DNA of 64,000 nt from Acidimicrobiia bacterium (lineage in GTDB: Bacteria > Actinomycetota > Acidimicrobiia > Spongiisociales > ZC4RG35): positions 439 through 64,438 of the forward strand of contig CBDCBK010000007.1 in the NCBI GenBank assembly GCA_965214265.1, in the 5' to 3' direction. The position numbers and the translations under genes were made by a program. This document shows positions 37,018 to 47,590 of this stretch, one piece after another; the first letter of the stretch is position 1, and every line of letters begins with the position of its first letter. The notes under the pieces are model-generated. The model made no database searches. It was given only the letters and a program-made list of their open reading frames with translations, and was not told the origin of the DNA.

Positions 37018-40000
37018 ATGCCCATGAAAACCAATCGACTCTTGTTCTGGATTGTGCTGGTGCTGCTCTCGCTGGGTTCTCTGGCGGGGGCTTATCGCTA
37101 TTTTGGCGAGGCCTTCCCTCTCATCACCCTGGATCTTCAGATGGATCGGGCCGGCGCTCTGCAGCGGGCCCGGGAACTGGCCGGCCGCTACCAATGGGGT
37201 CCGCGGGAGTTTGAGCAGGCCGCCTCCTTCGGTTCGAGCTCGCAGGTGCAGAACTACATCGAGCTCGAGGGCGGGGGCAAGGAGACGTTCTCCCGGGTGA
37301 TGGCCAGCGACCTCTACTCCGCCTACACCTGGCGAGTCCGCCACTTCCGCGAGAAGGAAACCACCGAAAGCCTGATGCGCTTTACCCCGGCCGGGGAGTT
37401 GTGGGGGTTTCGCGAGAAGCTGCCCGAAGACCAGCCCGGCGCCACTCTTTCAGGCGAGGAGGCTCGAAACCTGGCCCAAACCCGGCTGAAGGAGATCCTG
37501 GGTATCGAGCTGGAGCCTTATCAGTTGGTAGAGCACGCCCAGGAGGTGCAACCCGGAGGGCGAACCGATCACCGGCTGGTCTACGAGCACCGGCGCCAGG
37601 ATATCGGGGAAGCTCGCTACCGGCTGGGTTTGACGGTAGGCGGGGACCGGTTCACCGAGATCGAGCGCTTTATCAAGGTGCCCGAGTCCTTCAACCGGCG
37701 CTATCAGGAAATGCGCTCTTCCAACACCACCATCGGGGCCATTGGAGGCGTGGCCATGGTGATGGTCTATATCCTGGGCGGGTGTCTCATAGGGCTGTTT
37801 CTTCTCCTGCGCCGGGGTTGGGTGCTGTGGAAACAAGCGCTTTTCTGGGGTCTGTTGGTCGCCTTTCTGCAAGGCCTGGTGGCCCTCAACCAACTGCCGC
37901 TGGCCTGGATGAACTACGACACGGCCTTGTCTCGGAACGGATTCCTGGCCAGCCAGATGGCGGGGGCCCTGGTCCAGTTCGTGGCCCTGGGCATTCTGCT
38001 GACCCTCTCCTTCATGGCCGCCGAGACGCTCTCGCGGAAGGCTTTTCCCCACCACATTCAGCTCTGGAAACTGGGATCTCGGGGAGTGGTCAATACGAGG
38101 CCGGTCCTGGGATATACGGTGGCGGCATATCTGCTGGTGCCGCTTTTCTTCGGCTATGAGGTGGCTCTCTACTTCTTTTCCAACAACGTGCTGGGTTGGT
38201 GGTCCCCCTCCAACGCCCTGCTGCAGCCGGACGTCCTGGCAACCTATCTGCCCTGGCTTTCCTCCATAGCCATCTCGCTTCAGGCCGGCTTCTGGGAGGA
38301 GTGCCTGTTTCGCGCCGTCCCCCTGGCCGGCGCGGCGCTGCTGGGGCGCCGTTTCGGAAAGCCCGCACTCTGGATCGGAGCGGCCATGGTGCTGCAGGCG
38401 CTGATTTTCGGCGCCGGCCACGCGGCCTATCCCACCCAACCCGCCTACGCCCGGGTGGTGGAGTTGATCCTGCCCTCCTTTTTCTTCGGCGCCATCTACT
38501 TGAGGTATGGACTGCTGCCGGCTGTCGTCCTCCACTTCGCCTTTGACGTGGTCTGGTTTGCCATCCCGCTGTTCGTATCCGCGGCGCCCGGCGTCTGGGT
38601 CGATCAGGTCCTGGTGGTGCTGCTCACCCTGGTTCCCTTGGGGGCCATTGGGTGGGTCCGATGGCGGGCCGGGGAATGGAGCGCCTTGTCGTCCGACAAG
38701 TTGAACGGGGCCTGGAGTCCCCCTGCGCCCCGGGCGGCCGAGGTCGAAGCGGAAGCTCCGCCTGTTCGGAGCGTTCCGGTCCTGGTCCCGGCCCTGCGCT
38801 CCGGGTTGCTGCTGGGCGGGATTGCCGGTCTGGCGGTCTGGGCCCTGCTGGCGAGATTTCAGACCGATGTGCCCGGGCTGGAAGTGGACCGGGAGCAGGC
38901 GGTGAAGATCGCCCGGGAAGTGCTGGAGGAAAGAGGCGTTCAAATTCCCCCGACCTGGCGGGAGATGGTGTCTGTTCGAGGGGGGGCCACCCAGGCCGGG
39001 CGCTTTGTCTGGCAGACGGCGGGGCGGGAGACGCACGAGCAACTGGCCGGCTCCTATGTTCCCGGGGTCCGCTGGAGGATTCGGTATGCCACCTTTGAAG
39101 GAAGCGTGGAGGAACGGGCCGAGGAGTACCGGGTGATTGTCGCCGATTCAGAGTCGGTTCCCCGTGTGATTCACAGGCTTCCGGAGGCCCGGGAGGGAGC
39201 GGCGTTATCCGAGGAGGAGGCGCGGTCAAAGGCTCAGAGTGCGGTTTCGGCCCGTTTCGGCCTCGAACCGGGAGATCTCAAGGAGATTTCCGCCGAGCCC
39301 TCCCAGCGGCCGGCCCGCCGGGACTGGACCTTTGTCTTTGCCGATCGAACCCGGCCGCTTCCCCAGGGAGAGGCTCGGGTGGCGGCCGTGGTGGCGGGCG
39401 ATGAAGTGTCCGACGTCTACCGCCTGGTTCACCTGCCCGAGGAGTGGCAGAGGGACGAACGCAGCCGCCGCAATCTTGTCGGGGTCCTCGGAATTATCGG
39501 TGGCGTCCTGCTTGCTCTGGGAGCGGTGGTCGGAGCCGTGGTCGCCCTCATCCGTTGGAGCCGGGGAAAGTTTTCGTCTCGAACGTTCTTCTGGCTGGCC
39601 CCAATCCTGTTTCTGCTCCAGCTGGCCGGCTTTTTCAATGGGTGGCCGGCGTTGACCTCGAATCTGACCACGGCCGAGCCTCTCAGCCATCAGCTTCTGG
39701 CGCTGATTGCGGTCAGTCTCATCGGGACCCTCTTTCTCTCTCTCCTGTTGGCCTTGCTGTTTGGCTGGGTCAAGGCCTCCGTCCGCTGGGGCGGTGAGGC
39801 CACCGGTGGACGAATCGCCCTGGGAATAGCTGTGGGAGTGGTGGCCAAGGCGCTCGAGGTGCTGGCAACGACCTTCGCCACCGCCAAGGGTCCGGCATGG
39901 CCAAGGTTCGGAGCCCTGGACGATTTCCTGCCGGCGCTCGGTCCGCTGATCCAGTCGATCACCCAATACCTCATGCTCCTGTCCGTCCTGCTAGTGGCGA

Positions 40001-40383
40001 TTGCGGCCGTGGAGGTCTTGACCCGCGGCTGGAGCCGGCGCCGCTATGCCGGCGGCCTGTTGATCCTGCTGGGGCTGGTGGGGCAGGGCGCCGGCTTCGA
40101 GGACCTGGGGGAATGGCTGGTGAGGGGCCTGCTGCTGGGAGCCGCGCTGCTGGCGGCCTATGTCTATTTGCGGGCCGAGGCGGGCCTGATCCCTCTGGCG
40201 CTGGCTTCCTACCTGACTCTCGGCCTCTTGCAGCAGGCCATCGACCAACCCTACGGGGGAGCCCTGCTGCACTACGGCCTGGCGGCGGCGGGTTCCCTGA
40301 TTGCCGGCTGGCTGTGCTGGCGACACCTGAACCGGCCCAAGCCTTTTGCTATAATTTCGGAGAGCTTCGGAAACCCAGGATGA
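37018..40383 (+). CDS. Large polytopic membrane protein with a CPBP (CAAX/Abi-type) intramembrane protease core.
   Basis: The CPBP motifs appear in order: 'EECLFRAVP', 'FGAGHAAY', 'HFAFDVVWF'. There are many TM stretches. Three soluble inserts have a PepSY-like pattern ('EEARNLAQTRLKEILG', 'EQAVKIAREVLEERGV', 'EEARSKAQSAVSARFGL'); the PepSY assignment is inference. Confidence 0.8.
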   Translation: MPMKTNRLLFWIVLVLLSLGSLAGAYRYFGEAFPLITLDLQMDRAGALQRARELAGRYQWGPREFEQAASFGSSSQVQNYIELEGGGKETFSRVMASDLYSAYTWRVRHFREKETTESLMRFTPAGELWGFREKLPEDQPGATLSGEEARNLAQTRLKEILGIELEPYQLVEHAQEVQPGGRTDHRLVYEHRRQDIGEARYRLGLTVGGDRFTEIERFIKVPESFNRRYQEMRSSNTTIGAIGGVAMVMVYILGGCLIGLFLLLRRGWVLWKQALFWGLLVAFLQGLVALNQLPLAWMNYDTALSRNGFLASQMAGALVQFVALGILLTLSFMAAETLSRKAFPHHIQLWKLGSRGVVNTRPVLGYTVAAYLLVPLFFGYEVALYFFSNNVLGWWSPSNALLQPDVLATYLPWLSSIAISLQAGFWEECLFRAVPLAGAALLGRRFGKPALWIGAAMVLQALIFGAGHAAYPTQPAYARVVELILPSFFFGAIYLRYGLLPAVVLHFAFDVVWFAIPLFVSAAPGVWVDQVLVVLLTLVPLGAIGWVRWRAGEWSALSSDKLNGAWSPPAPRAAEVEAEAPPVRSVPVLVPALRSGLLLGGIAGLAVWALLARFQTDVPGLEVDREQAVKIAREVLEERGVQIPPTWREMVSVRGGATQAGRFVWQTAGRETHEQLAGSYVPGVRWRIRYATFEGSVEERAEEYRVIVADSESVPRVIHRLPEAREGAALSEEEARSKAQSAVSARFGLEPGDLKEISAEPSQRPARRDWTFVFADRTRPLPQGEARVAAVVAGDEVSDVYRLVHLPEEWQRDERSRRNLVGVLGIIGGVLLALGAVVGAVVALIRWSRGKFSSRTFFWLAPILFLLQLAGFFNGWPALTSNLTTAEPLSHQLLALIAVSLIGTLFLSLLLALLFGWVKASVRWGGEATGGRIALGIAVGVVAKALEVLATTFATAKGPAWPRFGALDDFLPALGPLIQSITQYLMLLSVLLVAIAAVEVLTRGWSRRRYAGGLLILLGLVGQGAGFEDLGEWLVRGLLLGAALLAAYVYLRAEAGLIPLALASYLTLGLLQQAIDQPYGGALLHYGLAAAGSLIAGWLCWRHLNRPKPFAIISESFGNPG

Positions 40384-41546
40384 AACGGCGATTTTTCTTG
40401 CAGGCAAGCTTGGCAGGGTTGGCGGCTATGGCCTCGGCCAGTCGGAAAAAGTATCGCATCGGCGTGATCGGCCACACCGGCCGCGGAGACTACGGGCACG
40501 GGCTCGACACGGTGTGGCGGGCCTTTGACTGTACCGAGGTGGTCGCGGTGGCCGACCCTGACGACGAGGGCCGCGCCAGGGCCAAAGAGCGTACCGGCGC
40601 CGACCGGGATTACCCCGACTACCGCCGGATGCTGGACAGCGAGAAGCTGGACATCGTCGCCGTCGCTCCGCGTTGGCTGGACCAGCGGGCGGCCATGACC
40701 ACGGCTGCCGCCGAGGCCGGCTGCCACATCTTCCATGAGAAGTCTTTCGCCCCCAGCCTGACCGATGCCGATCGCATGGTCGCGGCCGTGGAGCGGAACC
40801 GGGTGAAGCTCCAGATGGCCCACCAGATGCGGACCTCGCCCTTCGTCACCCGTGTCAGGGCCATGATCGAAGCCGGGGAGATCGGCATGATCCAGGAGGT
40901 GCGCGGACGGGGCAAGGAGGACCGGCGTGCCGGCGGAGAGGACCTGATGGTGCTGGGCCCCCATATCTGCGACATGATGCGGTACTTCCTGGGCGATCCC
41001 AAGTGGGTCTTCTCTCACGTGACCGAGGATGGGAAGGAGGTGGGCCGGGGGCAGGTCCGGGAGGCTACCGAACCCATCGGCCCGGTGGCTGGCAACCAGA
41101 TCGCGGCGGTTTTCGGCTTTAGCCGCGGCATCCATGCCTACTTCGGCTCCAAGGCCAGCGATCGAACCGACCGAAAACGCTTCGGCCTCTGGTTTTACGG
41201 AAGCAAGGGCGTGATTCACCTGCCGAACGACGTCTATCCGAGAGGCCAGCCCCAAATCCTGCGCTCACCGGGCTGGCTGCCCGACGAGAGGCACCGCTGG
41301 GAGTCCATTGAGGCCAGCCCGCCGGAGGGAAGCCGCTTCCGAGCCGACAACCACACCCTGGGCAACGCCCTGCTGGTGGCTGACCTGCTGGAGGCTATCG
41401 AGCAGGACCGCAAGCCGGTCTGCAGTGAGCAGGATGGACGCTGGACCATCGAGATGATCACCTCGGTCTACCAGTCGCAGAAGACCGGAGCCCGGGTGGC
41501 CCTGCCTCTCAAGGATCGCCGGCACCCGCTGGAGACCTGGGGCTAG
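40380..41546 (+). CDS. Gfo/Idh/MocA-family oxidoreductase with a TAT signal.
   Basis: 'MKRRFFLQASLAGLAAMASA' followed by 'YRIGVIGHTGRGDYGH' (Rossmann N-terminus). The ATG overlaps the upstream stop (ATGA at 40380-40383). Confidence 0.85.
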   Translation: MKRRFFLQASLAGLAAMASASRKKYRIGVIGHTGRGDYGHGLDTVWRAFDCTEVVAVADPDDEGRARAKERTGADRDYPDYRRMLDSEKLDIVAVAPRWLDQRAAMTTAAAEAGCHIFHEKSFAPSLTDADRMVAAVERNRVKLQMAHQMRTSPFVTRVRAMIEAGEIGMIQEVRGRGKEDRRAGGEDLMVLGPHICDMMRYFLGDPKWVFSHVTEDGKEVGRGQVREATEPIGPVAGNQIAAVFGFSRGIHAYFGSKASDRTDRKRFGLWFYGSKGVIHLPNDVYPRGQPQILRSPGWLPDERHRWESIEASPPEGSRFRADNHTLGNALLVADLLEAIEQDRKPVCSEQDGRWTIEMITSVYQSQKTGARVALPLKDRRHPLETWG

Positions 41547-41597
41547 GCAGGGGCGATCCAATGGCTTGCGCCCAGCTGACCACCGGCAGCCCGCTTT

Positions 41598-42165
41598 CCC
41601 CCCCCCACCGCATCAGCCTTCGCCTGACGGCTCGGCTTCTGCGACTCCCCCTCGAGGGGGGAGTGATTCCCGCGGTACTAACCGATGACGTCGTTTACAC
41701 ATTGGACCGGGAACATGGTTTACATCCTGCCAAGGAATCGGGCAAGAAGCCTTGTGCAGGCCTCGAGGATCACTCCCCCCTTGAGGGGGAGTCGGCGAGA
41801 CCAGGGCGGAGCCCGCAGTCGAGCCGGTGGGGGGCAAACGCGGCGCCCCGTGAGTGACGATCAGAGGCACTACCTTGGGCGAGGTGGCGGGTATTGGTTG
41901 GCCCCCCCACCGCATCAGCCTTCGCCTGACGGCTCGGCTTCTGCGACTCCCCCTCGAGGGGGGAGTGATTCCCGCGGTACTAACCGATGACGTCGTTTAC
42001 ACATTGGACCGGGAACATGGTTTACATCAAGGAATGCCAAGGAATCGGGCAAGAAGCCTTGTGCAGGCCTCAAGGATCACTCCCCCCTTGAGGGGGAGTC
42101 GGTGAGACCAGGGCGGAGCCCGCAGTCGAGCCGGTGGGGGGCAAACGCGGCGCCACGTGAGTAAA
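41598..42165 (+). repeat. Two tandem copies of a ~302-bp non-coding repeat with internal GC palindromes.
   Basis: 'CACCGCATCAGCCTTCGCCTGACGGCTCGGCTTCTGCGACTCCCCCTCGAGGGGGGAGTGATTCCCGCGG' at 41606 and 41908. There is a second palindrome, 'ACTCCCCCCTTGAGGGGGAGT', in each unit. Confidence 0.8.
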
Positions 42166-42261
42166 TATCAGCGGCACGGGCAGAGACGCGTTGCCGGCAC
42201 GGGTCTGGCGCCCCGCTTCACAATCACGCCAAACACGTACCGCTGGCCGACCCTTCGGTCG

Positions 42262-43302
42262 TCACGGCCTGGGTTTCAACTCCCGCCTGGGTTGGACGGA
42301 TCGATTGAAGGGGAAGGGGGGCCAGTATCCCTGGATCAGGCAGGAGAGGGCCTCGGTCACGCCGCGGCAAATGTCCTCGCCCGACTCCACCGAGCTGGAT
42401 CCCTGGTGGGGTGTGAGCACGGCGTTGTCCAGGCTTCTGAGGGGGCTGTCGGCCCCCAGGGGCTCCTGCTCGGTCACGTCCAGGGCGGCGCCGCCGATGC
42501 GCCGTTCCTTCAGGGCCTGGATCAGCGCCTCCTCGTCCACCACTCCTCCCCGGCTGGTGTTGACCAGGAAAGCCGAGGGCTTCATCAGCCGCAACTCGGG
42601 AGCGCCGATGAGATGCCGGCTCCCGGCGTTCAGGAAGGTGTGCAGGGAAATCAGGTCCGACTCTCTCAGGACCCTATCCAGCGAAGTCAACTCCACGCCG
42701 GCTTCAGCGGCCAATCGGGGATCCACGTAGGGGTCGGTGGCCAGGATACGCATGCCGAACCCCTGCAACCGGGGGACCATGCGGCGGCCGATGTTGCCGA
42801 AACCGACCAATCCCAATGTCAGGCGGCCGACGCGGCGCAGCGGGTGCTCCAGCGGAGGATTGTCCCAACCGCCGGCCCTCACATGACGGTCCAGGATGAC
42901 CACGCGCCGGGCGCAGGCCAGCACCAGGGCTGCCGCGTGGTCCGCAACCTCCTCGACGCAATAGTCGGCCACGTTGAAGACCACGATGCCGCAGTCGGTG
43001 GCGGCATCGACGTCGATATTGTCCACTCCAATCCCGTAGCGGCCCACGGCCCAGCAATCGGGCAGGGCCTCCAGGACTTTTCTGGTGATGGGCGTGAACA
43101 AGCCTTCGGTCAGGATGATCCGGGCGCCGGCGCAGGCTCGAATGATCTCCTCCTCGGTTTGTGCCGACAACAGAACCAACTCCCCTCCCAGGTCCTCGAC
43201 GGCCTTTCTCTCCGCGGCGTAGTGGTTCTCCCTCTCCTTCTCCGGACGGTCGCAGTCCACATTCACGACTTTTGCTGGCTGGTCTCCCTGTTGGCTGGCC
43301 AT
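42262..43302 (-). CDS. D-isomer-specific 2-hydroxyacid dehydrogenase (CtBP/PGDH-like).
   Basis: 'GLVGFGNIGRRM' NAD-binding motif. 'NTSRGGVVDEEAL..AL....IGGAALDV' and a following 'TPH' catalytic region. Confidence 0.9.
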   Translation of the reverse strand: MASQQGDQPAKVVNVDCDRPEKERENHYAAERKAVEDLGGELVLLSAQTEEEIIRACAGARIILTEGLFTPITRKVLEALPDCWAVGRYGIGVDNIDVDAATDCGIVVFNVADYCVEEVADHAAALVLACARRVVILDRHVRAGGWDNPPLEHPLRRVGRLTLGLVGFGNIGRRMVPRLQGFGMRILATDPYVDPRLAAEAGVELTSLDRVLRESDLISLHTFLNAGSRHLIGAPELRLMKPSAFLVNTSRGGVVDEEALIQALKERRIGGAALDVTEQEPLGADSPLRSLDNAVLTPHQGSSSVESGEDICRGVTEALSCLIQGYWPPFPFNRSVQPRRELKPRP

Positions 43303-43798
43303 GTTGTTCGCTCCTCAATTAAGGTCGATAATTAGGTCTATATTGATTCGAGTGCCCAAGCGCGAGCCATTGTAACCGAGTCCCGGGCCCTTTCGGAGGT
43401 GAATCAGGCCGTACAGGCCTCGAAGCGGGGGTGCCGGATCCCGTTTTACCCCGGCGGGCACAGGCCGGCGCCTCTCTTCGCGGTCACTTTCCGAATGGAA
43501 ACGGGTTCATCTCCGTCTCGGGTGGTGCGGAGCCCCTGTCGGGCCCTGGTTTGCATTTGGATCGTCTCCGCCTCTGCGTCCACTTCCTCCATTCTTGCAT
43601 CACGGTCTTGGGATTCAAGGACCGCTTGCAAAGGAATCGAACTTGATGCAAAATCGATGCAGGTAAAATCAGCGTAAATTGAGTTGTTGTGCAGAGGCGG
43701 GTGCCTGACGATGGGACTCACCCATTTTTCCGATTGCGGCCCTGCCGAAGGTGGTGCTGGCAGCCTTGAGAAGTCTCGATTGACAAGTCCGGGTCGAG

Positions 43799-46700
43799 GT
43801 GGCCCCAGGGAGGTGTATCGTGTCCGGTAGACCGTTTCGAAATCCAACGATCCCCTTTGGTGGAAGACTCGTTGCCCTTGCAGTGGTGCTGTTTGTGGCG
43901 GCCGTTCCCGCCGGCGGGCAGGTTTTGACCTCCCGGGTGGATGGGAGGGTGCTGGATCAGACCGGCGCCGTGGTGCCGGGGGTGACGGTGACCTTGACCA
44001 ACGTCGCCACCAACCTGGCGCGGGAGACCACCACCAACAGTGCCGGTCTCTACATATTTCCCCAGGTTTCCCTGGGGACCTATCGGGTCGAAGCCACGCT
44101 GGCCGGCTTCAAGACGGCCCTGGTTGAAGAGGTTCAGGTCGAGTTGGGCGCCCCCGCCAATGTCGACATCATCGTGGAGGTGGGTGTGGTGACCCAGACG
44201 GTGGTGGTGACGGCGGCCCAGACTCAATCCGTGGTCAACGAGGTCAACGCGGAAATCAATACCAACCTCAGCCGGGAGCAGGTCAAGGATCTTCCCTTGA
44301 ACGGCCGCAGCGTGACCCAGTTGGCGCTCACCCAGGCCGGCGTGACCAGCCCAGGCGGCACCCGCTCGGCTTCCATCAACGGGGGGAGAGGCACCTTCAA
44401 CAACTTCACCCTGGACGGGATCAACAATCAGGACACCTTCATTCGAACCGATGCCCTCTTTGGAATCATTCCGGTGCAGGAGAGCTTCATCGAGGAGGTG
44501 AGCATCACCACCGCCAACGCCGACGTGGATGCCGGCCTGGGAAGCTCCCAGACCCAGTTCGTGACCCGGTCCGGGGGCAATGCCTATCACGGCGAGGTCT
44601 TTTACTACCACCGGAACGACGCCCTCAACGCCACCGACTACTTCAACAACGCCGCCGGCATCGACAAGGAGCGGGTCTTCATCCACCAGTTCGGCTTCAA
44701 CGTGGGCGGTCCCATCCTGAAGGACAAGCTGTTTTTCTTCGTCAACTACGAGGAGGAGCGCAGCCCCGGCTCGGCCTCGGTGGTCCGCAACGTTCTGACG
44801 GATTCGGCCCGGGCCGGCAATTTCAGCTACGTCAGGCAGGACAACGGCCAGATTGCCACGGTGAACCTTTTCGAGCTCTCCGGATTCAGCCCCGACCCGG
44901 CCATTGCCTCCCTGGTGGATCTGACCCCGATGCCCAACGATAGCAGCGTGGGCGACGGAAGAAACACCTCCGGCTATCGCTTCAACAGCCCCGACAAATC
45001 CGATTCTGACTGGTTTGTGCTGCGGGGAGATTACGAAATCAGTTCCAGCCACTCCTTCACCGGAATCTTCCACCGGTTTAGCCTGGAGGCCCCCAACTCG
45101 GTGTTCAACGGCATCGACGCCGTCTTCCCCGGCCTGGCCGGCGCCGGGCAGGGTTCCACTCGCAAGCTGGGTTCCTTTTCCCTGAGCAGCCTGTTGAATC
45201 CCAATGTCACCAACGAGGCCAGGCTGGGCTTCCAGACTTCGAGTCCCCGGTTCTACAACAACGAGACCTTTCCCCTGGGCTACCAGCTGTCCTTGGGGGG
45301 TGGCTTTAGCAATCCTGTCCGGAACTTTCTGGATCAGGGGCGCGACACCCGCAACGTGGACATCATGGACCACCTTTCCTGGGTCAAGGGGAACCACACC
45401 ATCAAGGTGGGCGGAAGCGTGCGCCTGACCCAGGTGGATCAGTTCAACGATTCCAGGATTCTGCCCACCTACGAACTGGGGTTCGGGCCCGGAAACCCCG
45501 ATCCCCTGGTGCCCGATCTCTTTCCCGGAGGCATCTCTTCCGGCGAGTTGAGCGGCGCCTCGGGACTGCTGGGGACGTTGGGAGGATTTGTCGACAGCGC
45601 CGAGCAGGTGTTCAACGCGAACTCGCCCTTTTCGGGCTTCGTCGACGGGGCCTCCAATACCAACCTGCTCACCCAGAACTTTGTCAACTTCTACCTGGGA
45701 GACACCTGGCGGGTCACCCGCTGCCTGAGCCTGAACTTCGGATTCCGCTGGGAGTTTCACTCGGTGCCGGACGAGGCCAAGGGTCTGGCCCTGTTGCCGG
45801 TGGGCGGGGTGGAAGCGGTGCTGGATCCCGACGCCGTCATCGATCTGGCCGGCTCCACCAACGGAAGGCCCTTTTACAACAACGACGGCAACAACTTCTC
45901 TCCCAACATCGGCATCGCTTGGCAACCCGGGCCCGGAAACCGGACCGTTGTGCGCGCCGGCTACGGAATCAACTATGTGGTCGACAACGGCTTGACCACG
46001 GTGCTCAACGCCCTGCGAGGCAACGACGGCCTGAGCCAGACGGTGGCTCTCTCGGGACTCAGCGGCACGGTCAGCGGCGGCGGCCTGGTTCCCATTCCGG
46101 TTCCCGAATTCCGGATTCCACGCACCGCCCGGGACGGAATTCTGTCCGATTCCCTGGCCGCCATCTTCACCATCGACCCCGGCATGCGCACCCCCTACGT
46201 GCAGCAGTGGAACATCGGGGTGCAGCACAAGCTCATGCAGGACACCGCCGTTGAGCTGCGCTACGTCGGCAACCACGGCGTCAAGCTGACCCGTGCCATC
46301 GATCTCAACCAGCTGCTGCTGCCCCCGGACTTCGTGGCGGACTTCCGGACGGCGCAACGCAACCTGGCCGCCAACGGGGATCCCAGAGTCGGTGAACCGC
46401 TGCAGATCTTTCCGCAACTGGGGTTTGCGGGCTTCCTGCAATCGGGGGGGGTCCAAAACTGGATCCGCAACGGGGAGATCGGTCAATACATCGGCGGTTT
46501 TCTGGCCCCCAACCGCATTTTCTTCTTCAACGGCGAGGGAGGCGAGCGCTTCGGCGCCACCCTGCCCGCCAGCTATTTCTTCCTCAATCCCAACGCCTTC
46601 GTGGGCGACGTGGTCGGAAACAACGCCTTCTCCAAGTACCATGCCCTCCAGTTCGAGATCAGACGGCGTTTGCGCTCGGGCTTGACGGGCCAGTTCAACT

Positions 46701-47452
46701 ACACCTGGGGGAAGGTGCTGACCAATTTCTCCGGCAGCCAGACCAATTTCCGCGGGCTCTTCGACAACGCCCAGCCGGAGCTGGAGATCATGCGTCCCGA
46801 TTTCGACATCACCCACACCTTCAACGGCAACTGGGTGTGGGAGATCCCCTTGGGCAACGGACGCCGCTGGATGAACAGCGGCAGCATCCTGGACACTATC
46901 GCCGGCGGCTGGGACCTCAGCGGATTTTTCAGGATGCGTTCAGGGGAGACGGTTAATATCATCTCCGGAAGGGGGACCATCAATCGCGGCGGTTCCAGAG
47001 GTCTGACCAATACCGTGCACCTGGAGGGGATCGATATCAAGGCTCTCCAGACCAAGACCGGTGCCTTCCGCCACTCGGACGGCCGGGTGACCCTTTTCGA
47101 TTCCAGCCTCATCGCTGAGGGGGGTGAGGGGAATCCCAGTGTTTTCAAGAATCCGGGGTTGCTGGAGGCGGGAACGCTGGGCCTGTCTCCCGTCAGCGGG
47201 CCCTGGTACACCTCACTGGACGTGGGCCTCCGCAAGAGCATTGCCCTGCCCATCACCGAGGAGTCGCGGTTGCAGCTTCGGGTGGACGCCTTCAACGTTC
47301 TCAATCACACCAACTTCGCCGTGTCGAGTACGGGAGGCCCCTCTGGTCTGGGTATCGTCAACCGCCAAAACCCCAACAGCACCCAGTTCGGACTGATCAG
47401 CTCGGCCTTCTCGGCCCGAACCCTCCAGGTGGGCCTGAAGGTGGAATTCTAG
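43799..47452 (+). CDS. Large TonB-dependent-receptor-like outer-membrane protein with an N-terminal CarboxypepD_reg domain.
   Basis: 'RVDGRVLDQTGAVVPGVTVTLTN....ETTTNSAGLYIFPQVSLGTYRVEATLAGFK', plug-like 'LNGRSVTQLALTQAGV', and a C-terminal 'LQVGLKVEF' ending in Phe. The likely start is the GTG at 43820, 6 nt after 'GGGAGG'. Confidence 0.85.
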   Translation: MAPGRCIVSGRPFRNPTIPFGGRLVALAVVLFVAAVPAGGQVLTSRVDGRVLDQTGAVVPGVTVTLTNVATNLARETTTNSAGLYIFPQVSLGTYRVEATLAGFKTALVEEVQVELGAPANVDIIVEVGVVTQTVVVTAAQTQSVVNEVNAEINTNLSREQVKDLPLNGRSVTQLALTQAGVTSPGGTRSASINGGRGTFNNFTLDGINNQDTFIRTDALFGIIPVQESFIEEVSITTANADVDAGLGSSQTQFVTRSGGNAYHGEVFYYHRNDALNATDYFNNAAGIDKERVFIHQFGFNVGGPILKDKLFFFVNYEEERSPGSASVVRNVLTDSARAGNFSYVRQDNGQIATVNLFELSGFSPDPAIASLVDLTPMPNDSSVGDGRNTSGYRFNSPDKSDSDWFVLRGDYEISSSHSFTGIFHRFSLEAPNSVFNGIDAVFPGLAGAGQGSTRKLGSFSLSSLLNPNVTNEARLGFQTSSPRFYNNETFPLGYQLSLGGGFSNPVRNFLDQGRDTRNVDIMDHLSWVKGNHTIKVGGSVRLTQVDQFNDSRILPTYELGFGPGNPDPLVPDLFPGGISSGELSGASGLLGTLGGFVDSAEQVFNANSPFSGFVDGASNTNLLTQNFVNFYLGDTWRVTRCLSLNFGFRWEFHSVPDEAKGLALLPVGGVEAVLDPDAVIDLAGSTNGRPFYNNDGNNFSPNIGIAWQPGPGNRTVVRAGYGINYVVDNGLTTVLNALRGNDGLSQTVALSGLSGTVSGGGLVPIPVPEFRIPRTARDGILSDSLAAIFTIDPGMRTPYVQQWNIGVQHKLMQDTAVELRYVGNHGVKLTRAIDLNQLLLPPDFVADFRTAQRNLAANGDPRVGEPLQIFPQLGFAGFLQSGGVQNWIRNGEIGQYIGGFLAPNRIFFFNGEGGERFGATLPASYFFLNPNAFVGDVVGNNAFSKYHALQFEIRRRLRSGLTGQFNYTWGKVLTNFSGSQTNFRGLFDNAQPELEIMRPDFDITHTFNGNWVWEIPLGNGRRWMNSGSILDTIAGGWDLSGFFRMRSGETVNIISGRGTINRGGSRGLTNTVHLEGIDIKALQTKTGAFRHSDGRVTLFDSSLIAEGGEGNPSVFKNPGLLEAGTLGLSPVSGPWYTSLDVGLRKSIALPITEESRLQLRVDAFNVLNHTNFAVSSTGGPSGLGIVNRQNPNSTQFGLISSAFSARTLQVGLKVEF

Positions 47453-47590
47453 CGAGGCCGTGCCTCAGACCGACAAGCCAGGAAAAAAAGATATCCACGA
47501 AGGGGCACGAAGAAAATCTAAAAGAAAAATGCGTTTCTTCGCCACCTACGGCGCTCAACTCCAGCGCCAACCTTGTCCAATGGATACCTG

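Noticed and set aside
42157-43335. A 392-aa plus-strand ORF opposite the 2-hydroxyacid dehydrogenase gene.
   Set aside because: It is an antisense shadow. The minus-strand product has the NAD-binding and catalytic motifs, and the plus-strand translation has none.
43336-43798. A possible cobalamin or other riboswitch upstream of the large TonB-type receptor.
   Set aside because: I could not find a B12-box-like or other recognisable conserved riboswitch core. Only scattered TTGCA/TGCAA repeats are present.
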